Source: Octopus vulgaris
Taxonomy: Eukaryota
Assembly: GCA_951406725.2 (NCBI GenBank)
Contig: CATOCA020000001.1
Location: 5,766,001-5,830,000 of the forward strand
Direction of reading: 5' to 3'
Length of the DNA: 64,000 nt
Part shown: positions 11,317 through 36,342 of the stretch, piece after piece
How the letters are laid out: each line of letters starts with the position of its first letter
Numbering within the stretch: the stretch's first letter is position 1
Position numbers and translations under genes: made by a program
Notes under the pieces: model-generated
Told to the model about the DNA's origin: nothing
Databases searched by the model: none
What the model saw: the letters and a program-made list of their open reading frames with translations, nothing else

Positions 11317-12558
11317 TTTTTATAATTTCGTCTTTTTACTAGCAATAACAGACAGACAGGTGTTGTTATGTATGTTTGTATGTGTGAATGGCTTCAGTCA
11401 CGCATACACACACGCGAGCATGTATGCGTAAAAGACACATAAATGCAATGTTTGTGTGTGTGTTGCGTATATATATATACGGGCAACATAAACAATATTC
11501 TCCGTTTCTCCACAACTAATTTCCAAATTAGCTGAATCCGTTGTTCTAATCATAGCGATATATAGCTGGTCGTGCGTGAACATGGGAGAGAGCAGAGGTT
11601 AACAGAGCAAAAGACCTACGTGTTGACTGTAGACACGCTCCTTCGCAAACGATCAGCTATTATTTTGTAAACAATGTTTCGAAACTGTTCATGTTTTCGA
11701 AAGGAGAGGGGTCAACCTAAAGCCTTTGACCCGGTCGTAAAAATAAATAAAAAAATAGTAATATGTGTAAAAGAACTTCCTCTAAACGAATATGACCAAA
11801 AAAACGTGCTCTCGCAAAAGGGGTTGGGAGGAGAGGCCTATGGCCTTTTCTTTGATAATATCTTTCTTGCTCATTTAAATTCAGTTCAATGCAGTCTTGC
11901 CTTGAACCAACCATTTCTCTTTGTGTGTGTGTGTTCTTGATAATCGTTTAGAACAAGTTGTTTTACACCTATTACACTATTTTTTTTTGTTTTTGTGTCC
12001 GGGTCAGACACGTAACATTCACGATGTGAATTTTCCGAGGCCTCTCCCCCGCACCCTTTCACGAGCGTGCATTTTTTGGTTCATATTCGTTTAGAGGAAT
12101 TTGTTTTACACCTATTACACTATATTTTGTTTGTTTAATGACCGGGTCAAACGCTTTAGTTTGACCAGGAGAGGTATGACTTTCACATCTCTGCGGGAGA
12201 AGGTAGGCTTCTCTATTCCTGTTACAAAACTTACTTCCGGGTGCCATATTTGCTTTAATTGATGGTATTACACGGGTAGGTGGTGTTGGTGGGACAGTGG
12301 CAGGGGCAAAGGCGTGCAAAAACATGTATACAATAGGTGTATGTACGTATATGTTTGTGTGTGTGTGTTTTGCCCATATATATAAACTTAGTTGTGATCT
12401 GAACATAACCGCTTCTGAAACAGAGGTTCCGGAGCCCTTTTGGGCGTTTTATTTTCCTTGCTGGAAGGGTTCTCAATCCATGGGCAAAATGGGGTTACAC
12501 GAAAAAAAAAAGAAAAAAACTATCGATGAGTGTAAAAATCGAGAAACCGATTTCTTAT
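11317..12558 (+). mobile_element. Non-autonomous Helentron-associated (HINE/DINE-like) candidate with internal inverted repeat; left arm only
   Basis: Starts TTTTTATAA with a short (GACA)n nearby; ends with stem-loop AAATCG-AGAAAC-CGATTT then CTTAT. Abuts a truncated SINE head at 12559. Internal IR 11710-11840 / 12037-12166. Confidence 0.5.
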
Positions 12559-12608
12559 GGAACCATGTGGTTTGTAAGCAAGCTACTAACCACAAAGCCA
12601 ATCCTGTG

Positions 12609-12658
<50 letters not shown>

Positions 12659-12882
12659 TGTGGTTGTATGTTCCTCATGAAGCTTTTTAAAATAAATATT
12701 TCTTAGTGAAATTTTCTGAAAATCCATCCCTATCCATGTCTTAATCAACAATTATGTCTGGAGTTTGGATTGGTTTGAAACTCATCAAATGGTTTTATTT
12801 TCTCAACATAATCGGAAACACCAGAAAGTTATGGGAAAAAAATAAGGGTCTCAGGAAGTATATATATATATATATATATATA

Positions 12883-12947
<65 letters not shown>

Positions 12948-12988
12948 ATGTGTGTGTGTGTATATGTATATACATACTCATGTATATA

Positions 12989-13019
<31 letters not shown>

Positions 13020-13371
13020 TAATTATAATAAAGGGTTAATTGCAACAAGTTGCTCAAAACCACATACAGAAAATATTAGGAATAGCAGCCAAATAGATCA
13101 CTATTTCCTCTACTAATAAAAAAGTCTCCACAAACAAACAGAATTTGTAACCCGTATATGGTAAAGAGAAAGAAAACAACGAAATCCCAGCCTATTGGAT
13201 TAATTATAGACGAATCGTTTCTGGTTAGAACCGAAAGTTCAAGGATATAATATAATTCTTACCAAATATGATCTTTTCCATAAATTTATTAATTTTATTA
13301 AATTAATTATAATTGACCATTTTGTGTACATATTTATATATATATATACATATACATATATATATGTATAT

Positions 13372-13405
<34 letters not shown>

Positions 13406-13433
13406 GTATATAGATACTTATTTATATGTGTAT

Positions 13434-13480
<47 letters not shown>

Positions 13481-13830
13481 TATATCTTATAGGCATAAAT
13501 ACAGTGTACATACGGTATATATACGATTATATATACATACCTATATAAGTGTGCCTCGAAGGTCGGGAGAGGAGTTAAATAAAAATTCGCAGGAATAGAT
13601 TTTGTTTCCTCGTAATTTACCGAAAGACGGATAAATTGTTAGGAAAATTTAGAGAAAATCCTTTCGGGGAAGATTTGGATTATTTTGGAATATAATATGA
13701 ATGAAGAGAAACACTAACATATGCACACCACAATTTACATTATATATACATCCATACATTTTATTTGTATATATATGTATATATGCACACACATACACAC
13801 ACACGCACACACACATATATAGTCACTAAC

Positions 13831-13984
13831 CTCAACAGCGCTCTGTTTCATTATAGCTTTCACACCATCTGTCCATTCCGGAAATGAACTTGCAGCCAAA
13901 TGGAGAGGAGTATTGCCGTCGCTGGTCTTCTCGTTGATATTCCTGCCCCGAGAGAGTAATAGCTCCACAGCTTGCAGTCCACGC
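13831..13984 (-). CDS. Exon B of ankyrin gene (xRGLQAVELLLSRGRNINEKTSDGNTPLHLAASSFPEWTDGVKAIMKQSAVE)
   Basis: 154 nt, acceptor ...TTTTCCTCTCAG|, donor |GTTAGT, phase 2 to 0. Canonical GNTPLHLAA; in frame with exon C. Confidence 0.88.
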
Positions 13985-14054
13985 CTGAGAGGAAAAGATA
14001 GAAACAATGACTAATTTACATTAAATATGAAATTATTTTGGCTTTCAGACGAAA

Positions 14055-26440
<12,386 letters not shown>

Positions 26441-26441
26441 G

Positions 26442-28290
26442 TCTTTCTTCCTCTCTTTCTTTCTTTTCTCGCTCTTTCACTTTTTTCTCCTTCCTTCTCC
26501 CTCTCTTTTTCGTTTTATCCTTGTTCCTCTCTCTCACTCTTTCATTTCTCTCTTTCTTCCTCTCGTTTCTTTTTCTCTCTCTTTCCTTTCTCGCTCTCTT
26601 ACTTTTTTCTCCTACCTTCTCCCTCTCGTTTTCTTTTTATCTTTCTTCCTCTCTCTCACTCTTTCATTTCTCTCTCTTCCTCTCGTTTCTTCCTCTCTTT
26701 CTTTCTTTTCTCGCTCTTTCACTTTTTACTCCTTCCTTCTCCCTCTCGTTTTCTTTTTATCTTTCTTCCTCTCTCTCACTCTTTCATTTCTCTTTCTTCC
26801 TCTCGTTTCTATTTCCCTCTCTTTCCTTTCTCGCTCTCTCACTTTTTTGTCTTCCCTTCTCCCTCTCGTTTTCTTATTATGTTTCTTCCTCTCTCTCACT
26901 CTTTCATTTCTCTTTCTTCCTCTCGTTTCTTTCTCTCATTCTTTCTTTTCTCGCTCTTTCACTTTTTTCTCTTCTTTCTCCCTCTCGTTTTCTTTTTATC
27001 CTTGTGCCTCTCTCTCACTCTTTCATTTCTCCCTTTCTTCCCCTCGTTTCATTTTCTCTCTCTTTCCTTCCTCGCTCTCTCACTTTTTTCTCCTCCCTTC
27101 TCCCTCTCGTTTTCTTCTTATCTTTCTTCCTCTTTCTCACTCTTTCATTTCTCTTTCTTCCTCTCGTTTCTTCCTCTCTTTCTTTCTTTTAACGCTCTTT
27201 CACTTTTTTCTCCTTCTTTCTCCCTCTCGTTTTCTTTTTATCCTTCTTCCTCTCTCCCACTCTTTCATTTCTCTCTTTCTTCCTCTCGTTTCTTTTTCTC
27301 TCTTTCTTTCCTTCCTCGATCTCTCACTTTTTTCTCCTCCCTTCTCCCTCTCGTTTACTTTTTATCTTTCTTCCTCTCTCTCACTCTTTCATTTCTCTCT
27401 TTCTTCCTCTCGTTTCTTTTTCTCTCTCTTTCCTTTCTCGCTCTCTCACTTTTTTCCCCTTCTTTCTCCCTCTCGTTTTCTTTTTATCTTTCTTCCTCTC
27501 TCTCCCTCTTTCATTTCTCTCTTTCTTCCCCTCGCTCTCTCACTTTTTTCTCCTTCTTTCTCCCTCTCGTTTTCTTTTTATCTTTCTTCCTCTCTCTCAC
27601 TCTTTCATTTCTCTCTTTCTTCCTCTCGTTTCTTTTTCTCTCTCTTTCCTTTCTCGCTCTCTCACTTTTTCTCATTCTTTCTCCCTCTCGTTTACTTTTT
27701 ATCTTTCTTCCTCTCTCTCACTCTTTCATTTCTCTTTCTTCCTCTCGGTTCTTCCTCTCTTTCTTTCTTTTCTCGCTCTTTCACTTTTTTCTCCTTCCTT
27801 CTCCCTCTCTTTTTCTTTTTATCCTTGTTCCTCTCTCTCACTCTTTCATTTCTCTCTTTCTTCCTCTCGTTCCTTTTTCTCTCTCTTTCCTTTCTCGCTC
27901 TCTCACTTTTTTCTCCTCCCTTCTACCTCTCTTTTTTTTTATCCTTCTTCCTCTCTCTGACTCTTTCATTTCTCTCTTTCTTTCTCTCGTTTCTTTCTCT
28001 CTCTCTCTTTCTTTTCTCACTCTCTCACTTTTCTCTCCTACTTTCTCCCTCATTTTCTTTTTATCCTTCTTCCTCTCTCTCACTATTTCATTTCTTTCTC
28101 TTTCTTTTCTCTCTCCTTTTCTTTTTTCAATCTCTTTCTCTTAATCTTTCCTCTCCTTTTTTCTCTCTCTCTTTCTCTGTTTCGTTTCTCTTTTTGTCTT
28201 CTCTATAATTCTCTCTCAATTTTCCTTTTCTTTCTTCTATTTTTCTATTCTTCTCTTCTTTTTTCTCTTTCCTTTTCTTTCTCTCTTCTT
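26442..28290. repeat. Polypyrimidine minisatellite, ~120 bp unit, roughly 13 copies, decaying to CT-rich low complexity
   Basis: CCCTCTCGTTTTCTT recurs at 26621, 26741, 26861, ~26980, ~27102 and onward. Confidence 0.9.
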
Positions 28291-28539
28291 CTTGTTTCAG
28301 TCATGAGCCTACGGCCATGCTGGGGCTCCTCCTCGATTTTGTCTTTTATGTGTAGTACCTTTTCTGTCTAATTAGCACCAACCTATACATCTCTTTTGCT
28401 TTAGGCCAAAGTAACAGGGATGCTAATACACCGACACCGATTATCAATTAGCAGTTAGGGACACACACTTGCATAGATACACATGCATACACATACACAC
28501 ACAAACACAAACACACACACACATATATATACGAGTTAA

Positions 28540-29560
28540 TAACACCTGTAAGGATGTGTTTTATCTATTCACCAAAGTGAATGGAGCCTGCAGAAAGCTC
28601 TTATATCTGTCACACTTCCGTTCATGGGCCTCGTTACAACTCGCTCCCCACGTGACTGTTCATTCAATTATGACAATTTTCTGGGCCTTTACTGACCACA
28701 GAACCACATCAGGCCTCAGGGTTGTATGGATAAACTGGGGAAACTTCAATCTCTTCCCTAAGTCTACCTTCATATACCATAGTTGAGACCCTTGCAGCAA
28801 GCTATATATTGCTTTTGCTGGCTTTACTGGTTTCTCTCCCTCTTCCACGAACTTAATTGCGGCAGTTATCTTCCCTTGGTGATGATCTTTGTTACACCTT
28901 TACTGCTCCAGGGTGTGAGCAATTATTTTTATCTGCCTTGAGAAAGTGTTATTCAGTACCCTGCCAAGATGTGTGCCAGAGTACCCCTTTCCCACAAAGA
29001 CTACACAGCTGGTCTTCCCCCAAACCTTATCTGTGCAGGTTTGTTGGCGTCGGGAGTGTGTCATACACCGCTCCATGCAGTAAGGAGATGTGCAAAGGTT
29101 CCAGCCCCCATAGGTCAGTCCATGAGAGCTTCCTCTTAGGGAGATCCCATTTAGTCCATGCACTCAGAGATACCAACTCGACAGCTCTTGATTTCCTTTT
29201 ATCTTCCTCCTGGAACCACAATGCTTTCTGAGTCATAACCCGCCTCTCCCTGGTGTCTGCTTTCTTCCATTGTTGGAAATAGGAAGAGCCAAGTCCCTTG
29301 CGACCCCAACATGTAGCTACAAGTTATGACGCGTAGCTCCAGTATGCCTTCAGCCTGAACGTCAGCGGTGCTAGTTACCCACACTTTGTGTTAATACCTG
29401 CATGTCTGACAAGCTCGTCCTTAGAGTCTCTGTACATCATTACATTACATTTTGCTACTTTAAATTCCTCCACTACAGATGACAGGGCAAATTGTAACTG
29501 TCCCGATCTTATGTACAGGCCTATTCAATGAAGCTTGGGTAACCCCTAGCCATTTTTCGG
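28540..29560 (-). mobile_element. Degenerate Hero-like non-LTR retrotransposon (restriction-like endonuclease type), 3' part
   Basis: GLYIRSGQLQ..SSVVEEFKV, AVYDTLPTPTNLH, CSLCGKRGTLAHIL and LRPDVVLWS..KIVIIE motifs, with stops and frameshifts. Confidence 0.8.
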
Positions 29561-29929
29561 GGGAAGGGGTATTTATTTACCTTTCTCACCACCCTGGTGG
29601 GTGACTACTTACCACAACACCACCTCACAATAAGTAAATATTTGATGCATCACCACTTCGCTTTTTTTACTCATTCAACCTTTAATACTAGGCTTCAGCC
29701 AAACTCAGTTATATATTCTTTGAGTGTCTTATATACATAAACTAATATAAAATGTTCCCACGGCCCCCACACATTGGTGGTATTGACCACTTTGAGACGC
29801 CCTGCTCTATATTCCTGCAGACACTATCCCATCTATTGACTGCAATCCTGTTATTCTAACTTCCAATATTTCAATAATAAAGTAAAGCGTCATAAACAAA
29901 ATCACCTTTGTCCCTTTAGGTGTCTTTCT

Positions 29930-30230
29930 GGATTCAATGAACACCAGTACAGTTTTATAAAGTGGGGTTTGATTCCTATGTGACACACCAGTGTTTTCAT
30001 ATGTGAAACAAATTCTATCAAAAATGGTGTAGCCCTTGACACCAGTAAAACCTTCAACTTTGTATGGCAAGAGGACTTCTTTAAAAAGTCACCATCCATT
30101 TATCGGCTCCATCTGTCTCTCATCTCTTGGACTGAATACTTCCCGTCAGAACACCCCATTGCAGTGTGTGATGGATTTCTTTCTCACTCACATTCCATCA
30201 ATTCTGTCATGTCTCAATGTTTGGTTAAAT
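29930..30230 (+). mobile_element. Very old LINE reverse-transcriptase remnant
   Basis: HQYSF and VALDTSKTFNFVW resemble the QYGF and ALDISKAFDRVW RT motifs. Confidence 0.45.
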
Positions 30231-30399
30231 ATTTATAAAAATGTCGATGATGAGGATTAGAGAAAAGAGGTGAAGAAATAAATCAAATATCATCGACAAA
30301 TATATGTGGCTACTTTTCGTATTGTGTATAAAACATTTCATATTGTGTATAAAATAATAAACAGTCAAATTTGAGAAGGCAATAAACAGAACAACTTAC

Positions 30400-30479
30400 T
30401 ATTGTGGGATCATTTCTTATTAATATTTTAACTCCTTCAATGTCACCATTTCTAATTTTCTGTTCGATATCCTTCATGT
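30400..30479 (-). CDS. Exon A of ankyrin gene (MKDIEQKIRNGDIEGVKILIRNDPTI), probable N-terminal capping repeat; ATG at 30477
   Basis: Acceptor ...TTTTATTCAAAAG|, donor |GTAAGT, ends phase 0. NGDIEGVKILI matches a first ankyrin cap and the equivalent MIB2 exon end from recall. Confidence 0.65.
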
Positions 30480-30981
30480 CTTTTGAATAAAAACAGTCAA
30501 AAAAGAAAGAAAGCAAAACAGTTTTAAAAAAACTTATAAAATGAGTTAAACAACAATAAACAGAAGTTGATGGTTCTAAAATATTGCAGAAGATAACATT
30601 GATATTGTAAACTTCAGTTTATCTAAAGTATTATTCATAGCTGAATGTTCTTGACACTAATAAACCTAACAACAGTCATTGTGTTGTGTGTCTAGCTTAG
30701 CTACATTCCTCTGCTTACATCTTGAGCTACAAATCTGTGGATCATACCCCAGCTAGGGTGGGGGACACTTTATATAAAAAAACCAATTCATTCTCTAAAG
30801 AAAAGTAAATTTATGAAAACTAGTAAAAGAATAAACGAAACAGAATTTGTACAATAAAACCTCCTGTATTGATCTTTGATTTCATCTCAACTACTTTGCT
30901 AATATTTCGACAGACACTATCAACAAGAGCTTACTTTATAAATTTTTGCAAATATCTTTATGACTATTTCATAATTATTTA

Positions 30982-31031
<50 letters not shown>

Positions 31032-31034
31032 TAA

Positions 31035-31066
<32 letters not shown>

Positions 31067-32139
31067 CCACCATATACCGTCCACCTTCCATGCATCCAAG
31101 AATAAGATGGACGACAGGAGCTGTCCAGGTAGAAAAAAACTACCCTGGGCTATTGTCTTTACAGGGTCTTTACTGCTGGATGCCCTTCCAAACGCCAACC
31201 TCCAGTTTTGTCCCACTGTATGACACCTTGGGCAAGTACCTTCTTCCTAATCCCATGGTTGATCAAGGCTTTTTATTGGATTAAATAGAGACAATCTGAG
31301 AGACGCCCATCGTACACCGCTGGACAAAATCTGAGGACCAGTGAAAAAACTGCCAAAATGAAGTTTTTTTTTGTGTGTGTGTGTGTACGTATGCATATGT
31401 ATATCATCATCATCATCATCATCATCATCGTTATATATGCACACACCTGCTTGAGTGTGTGTGTGTATGTTTCCATTTGCTTTTACTGAAAATTCCTCAG
31501 GTATGAACGATTATCATTTTCCCTGTTAATAGACAAACCATTGGAATAAGTGATCCCTTGAACAACAGGTAAGGGTTAATAACTTGAAGGGGATCCAGAT
31601 GCAAAAAGAATGGATCGATAATATACTCATACAACCCATGGTAGTATGGAGAAAAGGTGTAAAATGATTGCTTTATATGCATAAACGTACATATATAAGT
31701 CTATGTATGTGTATACTCGTGTGCATGTGTGAGTAGCTGTATGGCATAGTGATTCGGGTGTTACCCACACAATAGCTAGATCGTGGATTTGATCCTTGCA
31801 ATACCCTTCCTTTCCCAAGAGAAGAAACGACAGAGGTTCGAGTCTCAAGCCATTAGAAAATCCAGCTTAACAGAATATACGTTAACAGAACAACTTCAAA
31901 TTAACGCAGATAGAAATGCCTGCTCCAGAGAACAGGAAACATCAAAGTAACGACAAGTCAGGTTGGAATTTAAAACTTTATCTTTTGGAGAGGAGCGACT
32001 AGTAACCTTTAACTAAGATCTTAATACATAAGCATTACGATAGATACTTTATGAATACATTTGTGTACACTTCACACTGGGTCAAAGGTCGCGTGAGCGC
32101 CTGTATATATTATAAATAAACAAATTTGGTGATTTGTTT

Positions 32140-32945
32140 AGTCTACTTCTTTTCCTCCAGTGCTTCATGCATTAGTGAACAGTCAACAGCGTTGGAGACC
32201 ATGGAGATTAAATTTCTGAATATTTGAAAACAGTTTCCTGTATCATTGTAATTTTTGGTGGATATCAAAATGCCGACATCATGACTGATGCTCAATGCTC
32301 TGTGAATACTGTAAAGGCTGTGAGATGTGACACACGCATGAGACTGTGAATCTGTAGCTACTGGGAAGGGACATAGTAGGAGTTCTGAGTGTGTCTGCAC
32401 CACACCACAATTCATTGCCACATCGTTGAGTAGGCAGTGAGTTACGCTCTACACAGACAGCTTTGTGAAACTGCTGTAGACTGGGATCAAACTCTGGCTG
32501 GAGAGGATTGCCATTGGAAGGTCATATGTGTGGCAGCAAGAATCATCTCTTCGTCATACCGCTGGAAGGAACCAGACGTGATTGTTAGAGGTTTTCTACG
32601 ACTGCCCCAGCCCGAATTTCTGGTCTTCTAATTCCACTGATTGTAATACCCTGGATTACTATGTGAGGGGCGCAATTGAGAAAGATACCAATCACTCTTC
32701 CTGCAGCACTAAGTCCAAGCTGACGACCAAGATCAAAGAGGGGTTCGAAAATCTCCCCAAGGACACAGTGAGAAACGCATATGCCAGGCTTTGAAGATGT
32801 GTTGAGGCTGTGGTGGAAGTGAAGGGCAGATAATTTCAGGAAACCTTTATCTCTCAGCCAAAACCTAGTTTTGACAGGTTTTGAATTTTTAAAACGCTTA
32901 TTTTTGGATGTGATGAGGAGTTTTATTTTCCTTTTGTGAAAACTG
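32140..32945 (+). mobile_element. Tc1/mariner-superfamily transposase remnant
   Basis: FWSSNSTDCNTLDYYVRG resembles WPPNSPDxNPLDYxVWG, followed by an EAVVEVKG C-terminus. Left boundary uncertain. Confidence 0.7.
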
Positions 32946-32964
32946 TCAAATGTATTCTTGTGTT

Positions 32965-33204
32965 CTTTTTACTTGCTTCAGTCATTTGTCTGCGGCCATG
33001 CAGGAGCACCACTATTAGGCGAGCAAATCGACCCCACGATATATTCTTTGTAAACCTATTACTTATTCTTAGTCTCTTTCCCGAACCACTAAATTAGAGG
33101 GATGTAAACACACCAGCATCGGTTGTCAAGCGATGTTGGCGGGGGGATAAACACAGATACACAAACACAAACGCACACATACACACATACACGCACACGT
33201 ATAC

Positions 33205-33238
<34 letters not shown>

Positions 33239-33392
33239 GACGGGCTTCTCTCAGTTTTCGTCTACCAAATCCAGTCACAAGGCTTTGGTTGGCCCGAGAC
33301 TATAGTAGAAAACACTTGCCGAAGGTGCCACGTAGTGGGACTCAACCTAGATCCATTTGGTTGCTAAGCAAGCTTCTTATCACACACACGCA

Positions 33393-33395
<3 letters not shown>
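32965..33395 (-). mobile_element. tRNA-derived SINE (same family as 10562-10957)
   Basis: Shared head and tail blocks with an internal CA/TA microsatellite. Confidence 0.8.
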
Positions 33396-33473
<78 letters not shown>

Positions 33474-33829
33474 CCAACCTGGGTTTTTATTCATGTTTGT
33501 TACAGCTCTGGTTGCGATAGAAGCCGTCAGTTTATCGAAATTTCCTTGGAAAATTGATTTGGGGAAAAGTGTACAAATCTCGATGCCAACACATTGTTAC
33601 TGTTTCTTATTGTACACTGTCCTCTTTTGTTCTACAAAAACCTGCCACACACTGCTTGACGCTTACAGACCTGGATCTTATTCCTTTATATAGAAAGAGA
33701 TACTGACACAAACACACACACACATATACACACACATATTACACACGTTCGTAGGCACAAGAGTAACTGTGGCAAGAAGCAATTATCTTCTGTTATAGCC
33801 GTGAGCTGACCAAAGCCTTATAAGTTGTG

Positions 33830-34910
33830 TATGGTCAGTGCATCTCCGACCGGGTCGATCAATTTGCTCAATAGAGTAGTGTTGTTCGTATACGCCAGGT
33901 TGGTAAAATGGTTAAGTCTCGAAGGCACCACCAGATACTTTCTTACAGACCTTGACCATCAGACAATCGATGACACAGTTGAAAAGATCAAGGGTGGCCT
34001 TTCAATCTTTTTGATCCCCTGTTAATGGAGAACCAGTCAGAATCCTTGCCGTTCACCCGGATGCAGCACTCGGTACTGCTATACACCTGTTGGAACATGG
34101 TTGTGATCTTGGGAGGCGCGTCGACAAGCTTGAGAACTTTCGATTACTGGTTGGGACACTCATATTTAAGTTGCAAGTGAATCTCGTCACAGAGAACCAT
34201 CCCCGCCATGATTCCTCCTGTCTCCATGATCCTAACATCGCGCCTCAATATTCGCGGGTTCTTTGATCAATCGCTTCATTACCCTGGCTGACAATGAGAC
34301 TGTCAACTGAGAGATCTTCAAATCATATGTCAACCAGTCTGCACATTATTTCCTGGTAAACACAATACTTCCTCCGAAGGATCTTGAAGGTAATCAATTA
34401 CCACCGGGAGGCCCGAATGCGTGGCGACATGAATGAGTACAGCAGGATCGACCTGAAATGCAGCAATGCCCATCTCAGATAAAAGAGGGAAATTCTGGGC
34501 AGAAGAAGCCGAACGTCTGGAGGCAGCATCAAAGAACGACGACATACACCAAGTGTTGAACATGTTCCAAAGAGCCTGTGCTTGTCTCCAGTTCAAGACA
34601 GCACAGGTGAAGGATACCAATGACAACGCCGTAGTCAAGGAAACCACCTGCTTCAAACGCTGGAAGGAGAGCTTTAGCCTTCTTCTTCATCACCCAACTG
34701 TTCCCATCCATCGCAGCCTAACCGTCGCTATAGACTCATCCGCAACCACATCACTTACAGGTTGTGTCCTATCACCCCGACGTGGTCAGGGCCACCCTGA
34801 AGAAGCTCAACAACAGCAAAACCCTTGGAATCTACACTATCACTGCAGAGATTTTGAAGGCGGGCGATAAATCATGATACAGTGACCATCCCACATCATC
34901 CACCAGCACC
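33830..34910 (+). mobile_element. Degenerate RTE-like LINE fragment (endonuclease-RT linker)
   Basis: KRGKFWAEEAERLEAA, KRWKESF and ITAEILKAG motifs with many lesions. Confidence 0.6.
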
Positions 34911-35592
34911 AGTGTGTCTTTCTGTCTGTCTGTCTATCTATCTGTCTGTTTGTCTATGTATCTATCTGTCTGTATGTCTGCCTGAATTCTAACTGTCTTT
35001 CTAAATCTGTTTGTGAGTGTGTGTGTGTGTGTGTGTGCGCGTGTATGTGCACATTTCAGCGTTTGTGTGTATCGCAACATCCACTTCGTAGCCGGTGGTG
35101 GTCCATTTTCCTCGACATAACTTAGCGGCTCTGCATTGATAGAATAAGTATCAGGCTAAACAAATAAGTCCTGGGGTCTATTCACCATTCGACTAAAATC
35201 TTTCCAGACGATGCCCAAGCATGGCCATAGTCGACTGACACAAGTATGTATACCTCCTTGCGACGATGTAAACTTTCATTTAATCAAGATATTTTGGCCT
35301 TGAAAAGCAGCCTCCAGTATACAACAATCTCGGTTATTTACCATTTCCAAGGTTCTGCTTGCTATGAAACATATGTAACCCGGATCCTATCGACTCCATT
35401 CCTTAACTCTTGTATTCTAATTCGCACACCGGGCTACCCTAATCGCCTTCCGAGAAATAGGAAAAGTAATTTTTTTCAACGTATCGAACTTCGATACGTA
35501 AAAACACCGTAACTTCCGCTTCAATAACGCACTATTGTCTTTGATCGTTTTCCCTACACCTCGATCAATGGATTTTATATATTACCTTACAT

Positions 35593-35634
<42 letters not shown>

Positions 35635-36266
35635 CTGTGATAGACGTTGAGAAACCAACTAAGTGATAGTATCTGTCCAATATACTGCTTGTAGCGTACG
35701 CAATTATTCTTATCCAAGTGCTAGTTCCAAGTGTATGTGTGTATATATAAACATATATAGGTATATGTATGAGTATGTATATATATTATATGTATATTTT
35801 GTATATATGAGAGACTATGCAAGAAGCCATGTGCTTCTGGGTGTTTACACACATATCTATCCAAAGGTCTGGAAATGGATATATACGTGTGTGCGCATGT
35901 GTGGTGATAAGGGTGTGTGTATGAGCGAGTTTGGATATGCATGTATATAATTATGTACACACATGTATATGGGTGTGAATGTATATCTGGTTAGTGGTAG
36001 TATAGGTGCATCTGTGGTTCTGTAGTTATATGTATGTATGCTTGCATGGGCTGAGTATAGACAGGTATAGATAGGAATACCCCATCGCTTTTTGTCTACC
36101 AAGGGTATGTTACTCCATACTCCTATTAGGAATATTCTACATAAACCTAGCTTATGCACTGGGTCTAAGAACCCGTCTCTTATGAAACTTTACAAAAAAC
36201 ACACGCGTGACTAGTTTCTCATAGATGCTAGCATTTAGTAATTGAAAGGCACCCAAGCAATGAACA

Positions 36267-36267
<1 letters not shown>

Positions 36268-36340
<73 letters not shown>
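36268..36340. repeat. (AAT)n microsatellite
   Basis: Read directly from the sequence. Confidence 0.97.

Positions 36341-36342
<2 letters not shown>

Larger units (their letters stand above)
1..12860. repeat. Left arm of a large inverted segmental duplication (partner ~49175-56992)
   Basis: Position 1 ATAACTAAGGGTTACCATTGTGACTGG is the reverse complement of the sequence ending at 56992. Collinear reverse-complement matches continue through exons E, D, C, the RTE fragment and the introns to ~12860 (matching ~49175). Probably extends beyond the window start. Confidence 0.96.

Noticed and set aside
13195-13285. Possible further hammerhead (minus strand GAAACGATTCGTC)
   Set aside because: No CUGANGA core or stem I could be found.
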